Positions 18,984-28,527 of a stretch of DNA of 64,000 bases are shown in pieces (the stretch's first letter is position 1; every line of letters starts with the position of its first letter). The position numbers were made by a program, and so were the translations under genes. The notes beneath the pieces were generated by a model. The model was not told the origin of the DNA. It made no database searches and worked only from the letters and a program-made list of their open reading frames with translations. The stretch comes from Candidatus Nomurabacteria bacterium (lineage in GTDB: Bacteria; Patescibacteriota; Patescibacteriia; HK-STAS-PATE-3), in the NCBI GenBank assembly GCA_023898465.1, contig CP060223.1, forward strand, positions 768,001-832,000, in the 5' to 3' direction.

Positions 18984-20477
18984 ATGAAAAGGAGCACAAA
19001 GAACCTGCGTAAAGTTGATGATGGCTCAGTCAACACCTGGTCGGCTGATGATTTTGTACGTGCTATCCAAGCCTATGATGCCCAGGCTGATGTTGATATT
19101 GTCCGCCTGGCGTATGAATATGCTGAACAAGCCCACCAGGGACAAATGCGAAAAAACGGTGAGCCGCATTTCACTCACTGCATTGCCACGGCCGCTCGAC
19201 TAACTCACCTCCACCTCGACCCCATCACCATCTCGGCAGCTTTACTGCACGATGTGGTAGAGGATACTCCAATAACGGAAGAACAGCTGAAAAAGGATTT
19301 TGGCGCGGAAATTACCAAGCTGGTGATGAGCGTCACAAAATTAGGTAAGATCAAATATCGCGGCATGGAGCGCTATGTAGAAAATATCCGCCGCATGTTT
19401 GTAGCCATGGCTGAAGACGTTCGGGTGATTCTGATTAAGCTCTCAGATCGTATCCATAACCTCAGTACGCTCTCAGCTCTACCTCGGGAGAAACAACTCC
19501 GCATTGCCACTGAGTCGCTGGAAATTTATGCAGCCATTGCCAACCGTCTAGGTATAGGTGAGTTTCGTGGTCAGATTGAAGATTTGGCTTTTCGCTATGT
19601 TCACCCGGATGAGTATATTCGTATCGAAGCACTCTTTCGCGAACACTATCCTCATGCAGAAAAATTTCTGCTCAGCGCCCAACATACCATAGCGAAGGAA
19701 TTCGCTGATGCTGGCATAGTAATCGTGTCCTGCCACGGCCGTAAGAAACACCTCTACAGTCTTTGGAAGAAATTACAGCGACCAGAGCTAAACGGTGATA
19801 TTCATCAAATTAATGATTTAATTGCCCTCCGCATTATCGTTAAAGACGTGCCGAGTTGCTACATGGCGCTGGGAAAAATTCATGAACTTTGGAAACCGAT
19901 TAAAGGTAAGATCAAAGACTACATTGCTCAGCCCAAACCAAACGGTTACCAATCACTACATACCACAGTTTTTGGACCGCATGGCAGGATTATTGAAATA
20001 CAAATTCGCGATACAGTGATGCACGAATTTGCCGAATATGGTATTGCTGCGCATTGGCATTATAGCGAATCAGGTAAACCAAAGGGTGTTTCACAAGTAC
20101 CGAAACGCATGACCAATTGGATGCAAGCACTCACGCAATGGAAAAAAGAGTTTGCCAAAGACCAGGAGTATTTGGAAAGTCTAAAAGTTGACGTGTTTAA
20201 AAATCAAATCTACGTCTTTACACCCGAGGGTGACGTAGTTGAGTTACCTGAAGATGCGACACCGGTTGATTTTGCCTACCGGGTTCATACTGATGTGGGA
20301 AATCAATGCTCGGGAGCAAGAGTGAATGAAAAAATCGTGGCTTTGGATACCCCACTTCGCAGTGGTGATGTTGTGGAGATACTAAAGGAAAAAAAACGAA
20401 AACGCCCGAACCGAGACTGGTTAGACTTTGTGAAAACGCACAGCGCTAAAGAACAGATCCGAAAGGCAACCCGGTAG
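18984..20477 (+). CDS. rel: short bifunctional (p)ppGpp synthetase/hydrolase (Rel/SpoT homologue: HD + synthetase + TGS, no C-terminal regulatory domains)
   Basis: HD motif HDVVEDT; synthetase region RIKDYIAQPKPNGYQSLHTTV; TGS VFTPEGDVVELPEDATPVDFAY; 497 aa versus about 740 for canonical Rel. Confidence 0.8.
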   Translation: MKRSTKNLRKVDDGSVNTWSADDFVRAIQAYDAQADVDIVRLAYEYAEQAHQGQMRKNGEPHFTHCIATAARLTHLHLDPITISAALLHDVVEDTPITEEQLKKDFGAEITKLVMSVTKLGKIKYRGMERYVENIRRMFVAMAEDVRVILIKLSDRIHNLSTLSALPREKQLRIATESLEIYAAIANRLGIGEFRGQIEDLAFRYVHPDEYIRIEALFREHYPHAEKFLLSAQHTIAKEFADAGIVIVSCHGRKKHLYSLWKKLQRPELNGDIHQINDLIALRIIVKDVPSCYMALGKIHELWKPIKGKIKDYIAQPKPNGYQSLHTTVFGPHGRIIEIQIRDTVMHEFAEYGIAAHWHYSESGKPKGVSQVPKRMTNWMQALTQWKKEFAKDQEYLESLKVDVFKNQIYVFTPEGDVVELPEDATPVDFAYRVHTDVGNQCSGARVNEKIVALDTPLRSGDVVEILKEKKRKRPNRDWLDFVKTHSAKEQIRKATR

Positions 20478-20482
20478 TAACT

Positions 20483-21253
20483 TTACACTGCCTTTAGAAA
20501 AACCCGGTGCAATGTTGTGTTGTTGCTAGAGAGTATATAGCTCTCTGCATCACTTTTTGGCTTTTTCCCTTTCAGATCAGTAATCTTTGCCCCGGCTTCT
20601 CGAGCAATTAACAAACCTGCAAAGTAATCATAGTATTCATTGCCATACTGCACTACCGCCTCGATTCGGCCACTAGCTAATAAACAATAATCCAGTGCGG
20701 GTGACCAATTATTCACTATGCGACTAACGTCCAAATGGAATAGTTTATTGTATTGCCGAGCAACCCTTCGTCGATCGGTTGTATAGCCACAGGTGTATAC
20801 AATCGAGGCTCTTTCAATCTCATTCACCTTATTAACTCGGAGTCTTACTCCATTGCAAAAAGCGCCCTTTCCTAGCTCAGCGTAGTAAGTCTTCTGAAGC
20901 GAAGAATGATGCACCGCTCCGGCAATAACCTTACCTCGATAGGTTAAAGCGATTGATACAGAGAAGTATGGGATGCCCATAACAAAATTTCTCGTACCAT
21001 CCAAAGGGTCGATGACAAAACCATAGTCACTCTTATTATCCAGCTGTGTTTCTTCCTCGGCTGTAATGCTGTAACGAGGAAAGTGTTTGCGCAAATACTT
21101 CACTACTGCTCGCTCTGACTCTATGTCAGCTCGCGTCTGTAAATCAGAGGCGATAGTTTTTTGCTTGGTAGCTAATTGAGTGCCAAAGTATTTACGATGT
21201 ATACGTCCACCGAGTTCAGCGGCCCGGATAATGTGTCGTATACGGGTAGTCAT
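20483..21253 (-). CDS. inositol monophosphatase / FBPase-family phosphatase
   Basis: IDPLDGTRNFVMGIPYFSVSIA and the WSPALDYCLLASG motif. Confidence 0.7.
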   Translation of the reverse strand: MTTRIRHIIRAAELGGRIHRKYFGTQLATKQKTIASDLQTRADIESERAVVKYLRKHFPRYSITAEEETQLDNKSDYGFVIDPLDGTRNFVMGIPYFSVSIALTYRGKVIAGAVHHSSLQKTYYAELGKGAFCNGVRLRVNKVNEIERASIVYTCGYTTDRRRVARQYNKLFHLDVSRIVNNWSPALDYCLLASGRIEAVVQYGNEYYDYFAGLLIAREAGAKITDLKGKKPKSDAESYILSSNNTTLHRVFLKAV

Positions 21254-23499
21254 TATTCCTCGTCATTGCCACTACCCTGCAATTCGCTCAGCAGGCTCTG
21301 CGCATCAACATTCTCCGGATCAAGCTGCAGGGCAGTGTTTACCTGCGAAAGCGCGCTCTCAGTCTCATCGATTGCCTGATAAGCCTGGGCAAGAGCGAGT
21401 CGGACCTGCACGTTTCGCGGCGTGATATTTACAACAGTCGTCAGTAATTGAATTGCCTTATTGTAGTCACCATTTAAGCCTTCGTGGCGGGCCAGCTCAA
21501 AAAGCACATCTGGATCATTTGGATAATCCATAGCTAAGGTACGTAACATATCACGGGCCAATGCTTCATTGCCCAGTAATTCATGTGTTAAGGCGAGATG
21601 ATAGCGAGTGTCTAAATCACCTGGCGCTAAATCAAGCGCTTTTGTTAGATGGGTATATGCCGATTGAAGCAGCGCATCAGCTTGCCCGGCCGTGCTTTCA
21701 TCTTTAGCGAGCTGCTGTGAGCTGACTAACTCGAGCTTCGCCCAGTTACGATAGTGCTTCACGTTATTTGGCTCAATGGCAATAAGCGCTTCAAGCATGT
21801 CTTGCTCAGCTAAGGGGCTAGTACCGGCTAAGAGTCGGATAGCTGGAATATAACGAAGTGCCTGCTCATATACCACTGGGTTTTTAGGATCCAGGGAAAT
21901 AGCCTGCTCAATCGGATCAACTGCTGACAAAGCCAGCTGTTTCTGCAATGTTTGATCCTCGCTTAGCTGAGCACTTACAAGGGCATGCTCGGCAGAATCA
22001 AGGCGATACGTTGCTCGCCAAGGATCCAATGAAATGGCGTGATCAATCGTAGCCTGCACGCTTTGCAATGGTTCGGTGTTGAGGATGGCTGTTCGCGCTT
22101 GCGTAATGTAGACGCTTCCAAACCATACGCGCAGCTGACCATACCAAAGTCCAACAAAGAGAAGTAGGGAAAATGCCACAACGCCCCGAAGAAACTTATT
22201 CGATGGCTGGGCAGTTTTTTCTTTACCATACATTCCCAGGATGCCGATACTCAACCAAAGGGAAAGCGAAACAAGCATGGAGCCTGGGGTGAAGAAGATA
22301 ATCAAAAGGTTCAAGAGGAAAAACCAAATTGCCAAGCTTTGAAAATCGCCCTGTTTCTTTTTTTGATCAAGTATGGTCCCACTGCTCTGCCAAACTAAAC
22401 GAGCTAAAAGCCACAGGAAAAGCAATCCTCCGAGAATCCCTGTGCCAGCAAAAACCTGCAGCCAATAGTTATCCGGTCGACTGAAACGAACATCAGCGTA
22501 GGAGCTGGTATTCAAATCAATTGGCCGATAAGAAACTAAATCATAATAAAAAGTGGAAGGCCCACTACCGAGAATCGGCTGACTGCTCAGCGTCGACAGA
22601 CTGACTCGAGCTGAACTGCTTGCGGGCATGGTAATATCGACACCATAACTTTTGCCAGAATACTTACTGACTGACAAACTGAGCAAAAGAATCCCCACCA
22701 ACATGGCAGCGATAATCCACGCATCGGCAAAAGGACGCTGCTTCAATACCACCCGTGTCAGAAGTAAAAGCACCACACCCGCTACGATGCAGAGGGCTGC
22801 TAGGTAGACATCCACAAAAAGCAAAACGAGCAAGTGAATAGACATCACCAGGCTGAGCAGTACGCGTGAAATCGCGTGTGAGGTATTGCGCCACAGCTGC
22901 CAGGCCAAGAAGAATTGAAGTACACTCAGTAAAGCGAGTACGCCGGGTGAACCAGCTAATGGATGAAACGCTTCGGGTATACCGGTGCCAGGGAAAAGTG
23001 GTACTCCGGCGAGGTGAATAAAGCTTAAGAGACTGGCTAGCGCACCGGAAGTAAGGAATAAGCTCAGATAAAAACGTCCGCACGACTCGTCAGTGGTCTG
23101 ACGCAACAGAAACGCGAAGAGGATGAAGTAGAAACTAGCCAATGCGGTATCGCTTTGCGTCCCTGACATGCCGAAGAGACTAACATAAGGCTGCACGGAA
23201 AAAATGGTGCTCAATAGTAGCGCTAAGGCAAAGAGCCCTAAACTCAGACTTAACCAATCAAAACGACCTTGCCACTGCTGCGCACGCAATGACCAGAGCA
23301 ACCAAGCAATCATAGCAACTGAGACTCCGAGTGCGAGGAGTATCATTTTTGGCAACTCCCAAAAGTCAGAAAAGCCGCTGTAGTAGATAAGCGGCAAGAA
23401 GAAAATAACTGCCCCCAGAGCTGTCCGAATGGTCAGCAGATAAGATGAAGTATGTGACTTACGTGGTGATAGTCGTGATGATGTTCTCAAGTTCTTCAT
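21253..23499 (-). CDS. O-antigen ligase-like (Wzy_C) polytopic membrane protein with C-terminal TPR repeats
   Basis: More than 10 TM helices in the N-terminal two-thirds; C-terminal third has repeated TPR-like units (ALSQVNTALQLDPENVDAQ, ALDLAPGDLDTRYHLALTHELLGN...). The start is ambiguous, as the ORF overlaps the parB 3' end. Confidence 0.6.
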   Translation of the reverse strand: MKNLRTSSRLSPRKSHTSSYLLTIRTALGAVIFFLPLIYYSGFSDFWELPKMILLALGVSVAMIAWLLWSLRAQQWQGRFDWLSLSLGLFALALLLSTIFSVQPYVSLFGMSGTQSDTALASFYFILFAFLLRQTTDESCGRFYLSLFLTSGALASLLSFIHLAGVPLFPGTGIPEAFHPLAGSPGVLALLSVLQFFLAWQLWRNTSHAISRVLLSLVMSIHLLVLLFVDVYLAALCIVAGVVLLLLTRVVLKQRPFADAWIIAAMLVGILLLSLSVSKYSGKSYGVDITMPASSSARVSLSTLSSQPILGSGPSTFYYDLVSYRPIDLNTSSYADVRFSRPDNYWLQVFAGTGILGGLLFLWLLARLVWQSSGTILDQKKKQGDFQSLAIWFFLLNLLIIFFTPGSMLVSLSLWLSIGILGMYGKEKTAQPSNKFLRGVVAFSLLLFVGLWYGQLRVWFGSVYITQARTAILNTEPLQSVQATIDHAISLDPWRATYRLDSAEHALVSAQLSEDQTLQKQLALSAVDPIEQAISLDPKNPVVYEQALRYIPAIRLLAGTSPLAEQDMLEALIAIEPNNVKHYRNWAKLELVSSQQLAKDESTAGQADALLQSAYTHLTKALDLAPGDLDTRYHLALTHELLGNEALARDMLRTLAMDYPNDPDVLFELARHEGLNGDYNKAIQLLTTVVNITPRNVQVRLALAQAYQAIDETESALSQVNTALQLDPENVDAQSLLSELQGSGNDEE

Positions 23500-24331
23500 C
23501 TGAATAAAAATCAATGGTAATGCTGCCACGTCCTTTGCGACGAGTGATGCGGACTTTGGTATTTAATGCGCTGCGTAGACTATCCTCTAGCGCGGCGATT
23601 TCGGGATTACGAGCCTGCGCCGCTGCTCCATGTGAAGAATGACTGCGACGCAGATCTTCGCCTCCTCGGACTGTTAAATCTTTCTTCATAATCGACTGCC
23701 AGAGCTTAATCTGCTCTGTCGGATCAACTTCACTTAAGATAACCTTCGCGTGACTCATCGTAATAGCGCCGTCACGCAAACTCTTCTGTACTTCGACCGG
23801 CAGATTAAGCAAGCGAAGGATATTGGCTACTGTCGCGCGCTTCTTCCCAACCCGACGCGCTACTTCCTCTTGAGTTAATGCAAATTCATCGATCAAGGCG
23901 CGATACGCCTCAGCCTCTTCGATTGGCGAAAGGTCTTTACGTTGAATATTTTCAATCAAGGCTAATTCTAGCTTTGACTGGGCTGAAGCGGTACGGACAA
24001 TAGCCGGCACAGTAGCGAATTCCAAAGTGCGAGCTGCCCGAAATCGCCGCTCGCCTGCTACCAATTCATAGCTGCCACTAGAAAGCTTTGTCACAATGAG
24101 TGGCTGGAGTATGCCATGTGCTTTGATTGAGGCAATTAAATCTTCTTGGGCTTGATAATCAAAATGCTGCCGAGGCTGATGTGGATTAGCCACGATTTGC
24201 TCGACTGGAATTTTTTCTACCCGCTCTCCATCAGTCGGTAAAGAGCGTAGGGCGGGATTCACTCCTGGGTTTTGGGTACCAGGCTTCGGAATCAATGCGG
24301 AAAGACCGCGACCAAGGACAGGTTCACTCAT
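23459..24331 (-). CDS. parB: chromosome partitioning protein ParB
   Basis: GERRFRAA box and HTH LIENIQRKDLSPIEEAEAYRALIDEFALTQEEVARRVGKKRATVANILRLL. Confidence 0.9.
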   Translation of the reverse strand: MSEPVLGRGLSALIPKPGTQNPGVNPALRSLPTDGERVEKIPVEQIVANPHQPRQHFDYQAQEDLIASIKAHGILQPLIVTKLSSGSYELVAGERRFRAARTLEFATVPAIVRTASAQSKLELALIENIQRKDLSPIEEAEAYRALIDEFALTQEEVARRVGKKRATVANILRLLNLPVEVQKSLRDGAITMSHAKVILSEVDPTEQIKLWQSIMKKDLTVRGGEDLRRSHSSHGAAAQARNPEIAALEDSLRSALNTKVRITRRKGRGSITIDFYSDEELENIITTITT

Positions 24332-25104
24332 GTATGATGTGGGCTTAATACTTCGCGAGCAAGGCGACTATAGGCTCGAGCACCGCGCGAATCAGGATCA
24401 TGTTTCAAAATAGGACGTCCATGCGATGGCGCTTCGGCTAAATGCACATTACGTGGGATAACGGTGCGGAAAATACGATTTGGGAAATAGCGATAAAGCT
24501 CTTGAAGCACTGCATCAGAAAGTTTGTATCGACTGTCGTACATGGTAAGGACTGCGCCAAGCACTTCTACGTTCGGTTGAATGCTTTCTTTCACTAGTTG
24601 AATAGTCTCCAGTAACTGACTCAAGCCCTCTAAAGCCAAATACTCACACTGCACCGGGATAAGCACCTCGCGGGCTGCGGTTAAGCCGTTAATGGTCAAC
24701 ATGCCGAGCGAAGGAGGGTTATCAATAAGTACGTAGTCGTATTGCTCGGCAATCTCGGGAATAGCACGATCGAGTTGACCTTCTCGACCATCCATATTTA
24801 CCAATTCAACATTGGCTCCAGCTAAGGAAACTGTCGCGGGGGCGATATGATAACGATCATGCGCAGTTGGTTGAATTATCTCTGAGAGCGCCGCCGCTCC
24901 AAGCAAGGTCTCGTACACACCGCGCTCTAACTCACGATGCTTAATACCTAAACCACTTGTTGCATTGGCCTGCGGATCAAGATCAATTAAAAGTACACGA
25001 GCACCATAATGGGCAAGATAGGCACCCAGGTTAATTGCGGTTGTGGTTTTTCCAACCCCGCCTTTCTGATTTACGATAGAAATAATTCGCGCCATAGCGT
25101 GCAA
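24328..25104 (-). CDS. parA: chromosome partitioning ATPase ParA/Soj
   Basis: Deviant Walker A IVNQKGGVGKTTTAINLGAYLA; overlaps parB by 4 nt. Confidence 0.9.
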   Translation of the reverse strand: MHAMARIISIVNQKGGVGKTTTAINLGAYLAHYGARVLLIDLDPQANATSGLGIKHRELERGVYETLLGAAALSEIIQPTAHDRYHIAPATVSLAGANVELVNMDGREGQLDRAIPEIAEQYDYVLIDNPPSLGMLTINGLTAAREVLIPVQCEYLALEGLSQLLETIQLVKESIQPNVEVLGAVLTMYDSRYKLSDAVLQELYRYFPNRIFRTVIPRNVHLAEAPSHGRPILKHDPDSRGARAYSRLAREVLSPHHT

Positions 25105-25152
25105 TTACGGCGACTAGTATACCACAAAATAACCAAAAAACGAAGGCGCTCG

Positions 25153-25181
25153 TTGACATATCATGAGAACTTCTTTACCAT
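25153..25181 (+). promoter_or_regulatory. candidate sigma70 promoter for tRNA-Leu (TTGACA-17-TACCAT)
   Basis: TTGACA at 25153-25158, 17-nt spacer, TACCAT at 25176-25181; tRNA 5' end at 25197. Confidence 0.35.
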
Positions 25182-25196
25182 TGGCATGTTTCACAC

Positions 25197-25283
25197 GCCG
25201 CGGTGGCGGAACTGGCAGACGCACAGGACTCAAAATCCTGCGAGCGCAAGCTCATGAGAGTTCGATTCTCTCCCGCGGCACCA
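25197..25283 (+). tRNA. tRNA-Leu (anticodon CAA), long variable arm, CCA encoded
   Basis: Acceptor GCCGCGG/CCGCGGC, 3-bp D-stem, anticodon arm CAGGA-CUCAAAA-UCCUG, 16-nt variable arm, T-loop AGTTCGATTCT. Confidence 0.8.
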
Positions 25284-25326
25284 AAAAACCGCCTCGTAGG
25301 CGGCTTTCTGCTTGTCTGGCTTATAG

Positions 25327-25572
25327 TTAACCGGATGACTCGGCAGCATCCAGGGCCTTAAGAGCATCCACGCCCTCTTCTAACACGCTTAGGTATTGAT
25401 TATTTAAACGCGTCATCACCTGTAAGTAAAGACGTGCATAGGTGACATGTTCCTTGCCTCGTTCAGCTGGATCTTTCGTATCAGTAAAATAATCATCCAG
25501 CATCTTTTTAGCCTCAGGCCACTTTTCAGCTTTCATGAGCTCTTCTAATTTGTCGAGGTTTACTGTGCTCAT
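25327..25572 (-). CDS. small hypothetical protein, translationally coupled to the upstream charged coiled-coil protein
   Basis: 81 aa; start overlaps the stop of 25569-26711 by 4 nt; no recognised motif. Confidence 0.4.
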   Translation of the reverse strand: MSTVNLDKLEELMKAEKWPEAKKMLDDYFTDTKDPAERGKEHVTYARLYLQVMTRLNNQYLSVLEEGVDALKALDAAESSG

Positions 25573-26711
25573 TTGGTGTTCTCTATTTGAGTAATATACA
25601 TGGAAATAATCGCCCGCTTACCTGGACGGACATTCTTAGCAATGTCGCGAAGGGATTCGATCAAGAATGTACGGGCTTCTCCTGGACGACGTAAACCTAC
25701 CTTGGGATCTTTAAAAATCTTATCCATTTTCTTGGCAAAGGCGTCATAGCGATTTACTTCGCGGATTGAGCGTTCGAGGGTATCGGCAACTTTTGTCTCT
25801 ATGCGAAGCTGCAACTCTTCTTCAAAGTCATCTTCACTCAATTCAACTGTTTTAGAACCATCACCAGACTCATATTCCACGTGATAGGTAAAGTCGGATA
25901 AATAATCAGTGCCTTGCTGCTCACTGAGCGTACGAAGTTGCGCTAAATACTCTAACGCCTTCTGCGTGCCAGTCTCCGACTCATCTGAGCCGAGTTGTTG
26001 TAATTTTTCTTGCGCAAGTTCACGCGCTCGTTCCATAATCGCCCGAGCAGGCTCTATAGCGTCCCAGATATCCTGTCGTATCTTTTGCACTTCTCGCAGC
26101 TCACCAAGAGGACCAAGTATCCTCTCTACTTTACGCAACTCTTTATCATAATCTTTTTCAACATTATGACGGGTAGCTAATTCTTCTTGAGCTATCTTCT
26201 GGTCTTCGCTAGGCTTAATAAAACGTCCAATAATAAACCAACGCTGTTTGCCTTGCTTTGCCGCTTCTTTGAGCAGCTTTTCTTTCTCTCGTAATTTTCT
26301 CTCACCGCCATGCTCGGCCAGCAGCGTTTCTACCTCTAGCTCCCTTTCCTCAATCATCTCCTTACTCTCTCTATACTGGCGAGCTTCATTCTGAATAGTA
26401 GCAAGTGCTTCTGGATTCTCGCGAACTTCTCGTTGGATATATTCATCAATTGCCGCAAACTCGGCGTCATCCATCTGAATATCAAGCTGCTTAGCTATCT
26501 CTTCCTTAAAAAGCTTTTTAATTTCAGGCCCTACGCTCTGAGCTAATTCAAATGCCTCATGTCGCTCCGCTAGCTGCTCAGGCCCTAAAGCATCGAAATC
26601 GAGGTCATCATCATAGCTATCTAAAAATTCAACGAACTTTGGATCGTTGAGATATTGCTCTGGACTGCCCCCCGCCTCGCGTGACATGTCGGAAAAATGT
26701 CCTTCACGCAT
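25569..26711 (-). CDS. highly charged coiled-coil protein, unknown function
   Basis: 380 aa, more than 35% E/K/R/D, long heptad-like stretches (ELEVETLLAEHGGERKLREKEKLLKEAAKQ...); no enzymatic motif. Confidence 0.45.
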   Translation of the reverse strand: MREGHFSDMSREAGGSPEQYLNDPKFVEFLDSYDDDLDFDALGPEQLAERHEAFELAQSVGPEIKKLFKEEIAKQLDIQMDDAEFAAIDEYIQREVRENPEALATIQNEARQYRESKEMIEERELEVETLLAEHGGERKLREKEKLLKEAAKQGKQRWFIIGRFIKPSEDQKIAQEELATRHNVEKDYDKELRKVERILGPLGELREVQKIRQDIWDAIEPARAIMERARELAQEKLQQLGSDESETGTQKALEYLAQLRTLSEQQGTDYLSDFTYHVEYESGDGSKTVELSEDDFEEELQLRIETKVADTLERSIREVNRYDAFAKKMDKIFKDPKVGLRRPGEARTFLIESLRDIAKNVRPGKRAIISMYITQIENTK

Positions 26712-26810
26712 ATCAAAAAGCTAATTAACTGTTAGTGTTTTTGTATTTACATTGGTAGTATAGCAAAAAAATTGCTTTTTAGCAAGATTGTCGACTATTT
26801 ATTTATCCTT

Positions 26811-26845
26811 GACTTGACTTTATGCTGAGAATCCGTAGTATGCAC
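26811..26845 (+). promoter_or_regulatory. candidate promoter for the tRNA(CAU) genes (TTGACT-16-TAGTAT)
   Basis: TTGACT..TAGTAT ending 7 nt before the tRNA 5' end; AT-rich upstream region. Confidence 0.3.
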
Positions 26846-26846
26846 C

Positions 26847-26921
26847 TGCGGGGTGGAGCAATGGTAGCTCGGCGGGCTCATAATCCGCAGGTTGAGGGTT
26901 CAAGTCCCTCCCCCGCAACCA
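26847..26921 (+). tRNA. tRNA-Met/Ile2 (anticodon CAU), CCA encoded
   Basis: Acceptor TGCGGGG/CCCCGCA, D-arm GAGCAATGGTAGCTC, anticodon arm GCGGG-CUCAUAA-UCCGC, T-loop GGTTCAAGTCC. Confidence 0.75.
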
Positions 26922-27133
26922 AGCGTCATCAAGTCCTTCATCCTACGTATTCCGACAAGTCGGACTACTTCGGATTACGGCCGTGTGCCGCTTTTCAGAC
27001 TCGCACTTAACCAAAAGGCCCAAGTGCTCGTCTGTGGAGATGCTTGAAAAGCTTCGAGAGACGGTATACACTGCTCATGCTTCATATTTATCGAACTGAA
27101 GAGCTGCGAAAAGTAAAAATGTAATTACGACGT

Positions 27134-27210
27134 GCCGGGGTAGCTCAGTTGGTTAGAGCGGAGGACTCATAAGCCTCAGGTCGGCGGTTCGATCCCGCCC
27201 CCCGGTACCA
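27134..27210 (+). tRNA. tRNA-Met/Ile2 (anticodon CAU), CCA encoded
   Basis: Acceptor GCCGGGG/CCCCGGT, D-arm GCTCAGTTGGTTAGAGC, anticodon loop CUCAUAA, T-loop GGTTCGATCCC. Confidence 0.75.
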
Positions 27211-27260
27211 AAAAAATGCCCACTGCTACCTACTGAGTAGTTTTAGATATTCTCATTAAT

Positions 27261-27794
27261 TTAACTTTCCCCAATTTCGCTTTTTCCTAACCAAGCGTCA
27301 ATCGTCCACTTCCATGATTTACGCCATACAAGGAAAATAGACAATACAATCAAACCTAAATCCTTTAAGAGCGCTTCAGTCGGTGTCGCTCCGATCGAGA
27401 AAGTACCAAAGCAACCACAATCGATGTCTGTGTTCCCTCGAGCAATATTAATACTAATGGCAATGATAAAGCTCAAGAGCATAAGCGTGAGCGCTCCAGC
27501 CGCCCATCGACGCCAAAATCCAGCCAACACAAAGAGACCGCCCAATAACTCAATCCACGGCGTCACCAATGCGAATATACTTACCATACCCTCGGGAAGT
27601 AATTCGTAGGTGCGAATCGCTGCCTCAAATTCCTCCACTGGCGCCATGAGCTTCCCAAGCGCGGCGTAAACAAAGATTCCACCGACCAGCAAGCGAGCAA
27701 GCCATTCTAAGGCAATCAGCCAGCGCTTAGTTGTTGGCATTGACCTCGGATTGGTCAGTCGATGCAGTAGCGTCCGCTTCGGCAATTGCGGCAT
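27261..27794 (-). CDS. MauE/DoxX-family membrane protein (CGC motif), candidate redox partner of the adjacent DsbA-like proteins
   Basis: Four TM helices and the characteristic NTDIDCGCFG motif; overlaps and is co-oriented with the first DsbA-like gene. Confidence 0.6.
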   Translation of the reverse strand: MPQLPKRTLLHRLTNPRSMPTTKRWLIALEWLARLLVGGIFVYAALGKLMAPVEEFEAAIRTYELLPEGMVSIFALVTPWIELLGGLFVLAGFWRRWAAGALTLMLLSFIIAISINIARGNTDIDCGCFGTFSIGATPTEALLKDLGLIVLSIFLVWRKSWKWTIDAWLGKSEIGES

Positions 27795-28527
27795 CGATCA
27801 CGGACTTCCAATTATCAGTGGTCATACCACCGACACGTCGCTCTCCATTGATGAAGAAGGTAGGAGTAGAATTTACCTTACGAGCATTACCTTCCCCAAT
27901 ATCAGTATTTACCGCTTCTTTTTGCTCGGTATTATCTATACAGCTTTGAAAAGCTTCGGAATCAATCCCAAGGTCAGAAGCGTACTGCACAAAAGTGTCA
28001 GTAACGGTGGAGCCGCTTAATACTGACCAGCTCGCTTGCTCCTCAAAAAGTTTATCGTGATACTCCCAGAACTTACCTTGCGCGAATGCACATTGTGCCG
28101 CCTCTGCAGCTGCTCGTGCATTTTTGTGAATGGTAGTTAAGGGATAATCATTGTACACAAAGCGCACATCATTTGGATATGCCGCCAACACTTCAGGGAG
28201 ATTTGTATCTGCTGCCTTACAGGCTGGACACTGGAAATCTGAGTACTCTTCAATTAAGACCTTTGCGGTTTCAGGACCTCGGCTTGGGTCGTTATCGTTT
28301 GAGAAATCACCTGCTGTACTTGTATTGTCACTACCCTGGAAAGCCCAAATACCTCCTCCAACAACCACTACAAGAATGATGACAGTCCAAATAAGCTTTT
28401 TCATACGGGCTGACTGGGCACCTTTTTCTCGGTTTGCCATTTTTTCTTGGCGTCGTAATTCTCGTCGCTGTTTTTTGGTTAGCTGCTGTTCTGTATTATC
28501 GTTCATAGCTTTGTAGAAAAGTATCAA
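27727..28527 (-). CDS. DsbA/BdbD-like thioredoxin-fold protein (CPAC active site), membrane-anchored
   Basis: N-terminal TM; SDFQCPACKAADTNL...FVYNDYPLTTIH...AQCAFAQGKFWEYHDKLF. Confidence 0.75.
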   Translation of the reverse strand: MILFYKAMNDNTEQQLTKKQRRELRRQEKMANREKGAQSARMKKLIWTVIILVVVVGGGIWAFQGSDNTSTAGDFSNDNDPSRGPETAKVLIEEYSDFQCPACKAADTNLPEVLAAYPNDVRFVYNDYPLTTIHKNARAAAEAAQCAFAQGKFWEYHDKLFEEQASWSVLSGSTVTDTFVQYASDLGIDSEAFQSCIDNTEQKEAVNTDIGEGNARKVNSTPTFFINGERRVGGMTTDNWKSVIDAAIAEADATASTDQSEVNANN

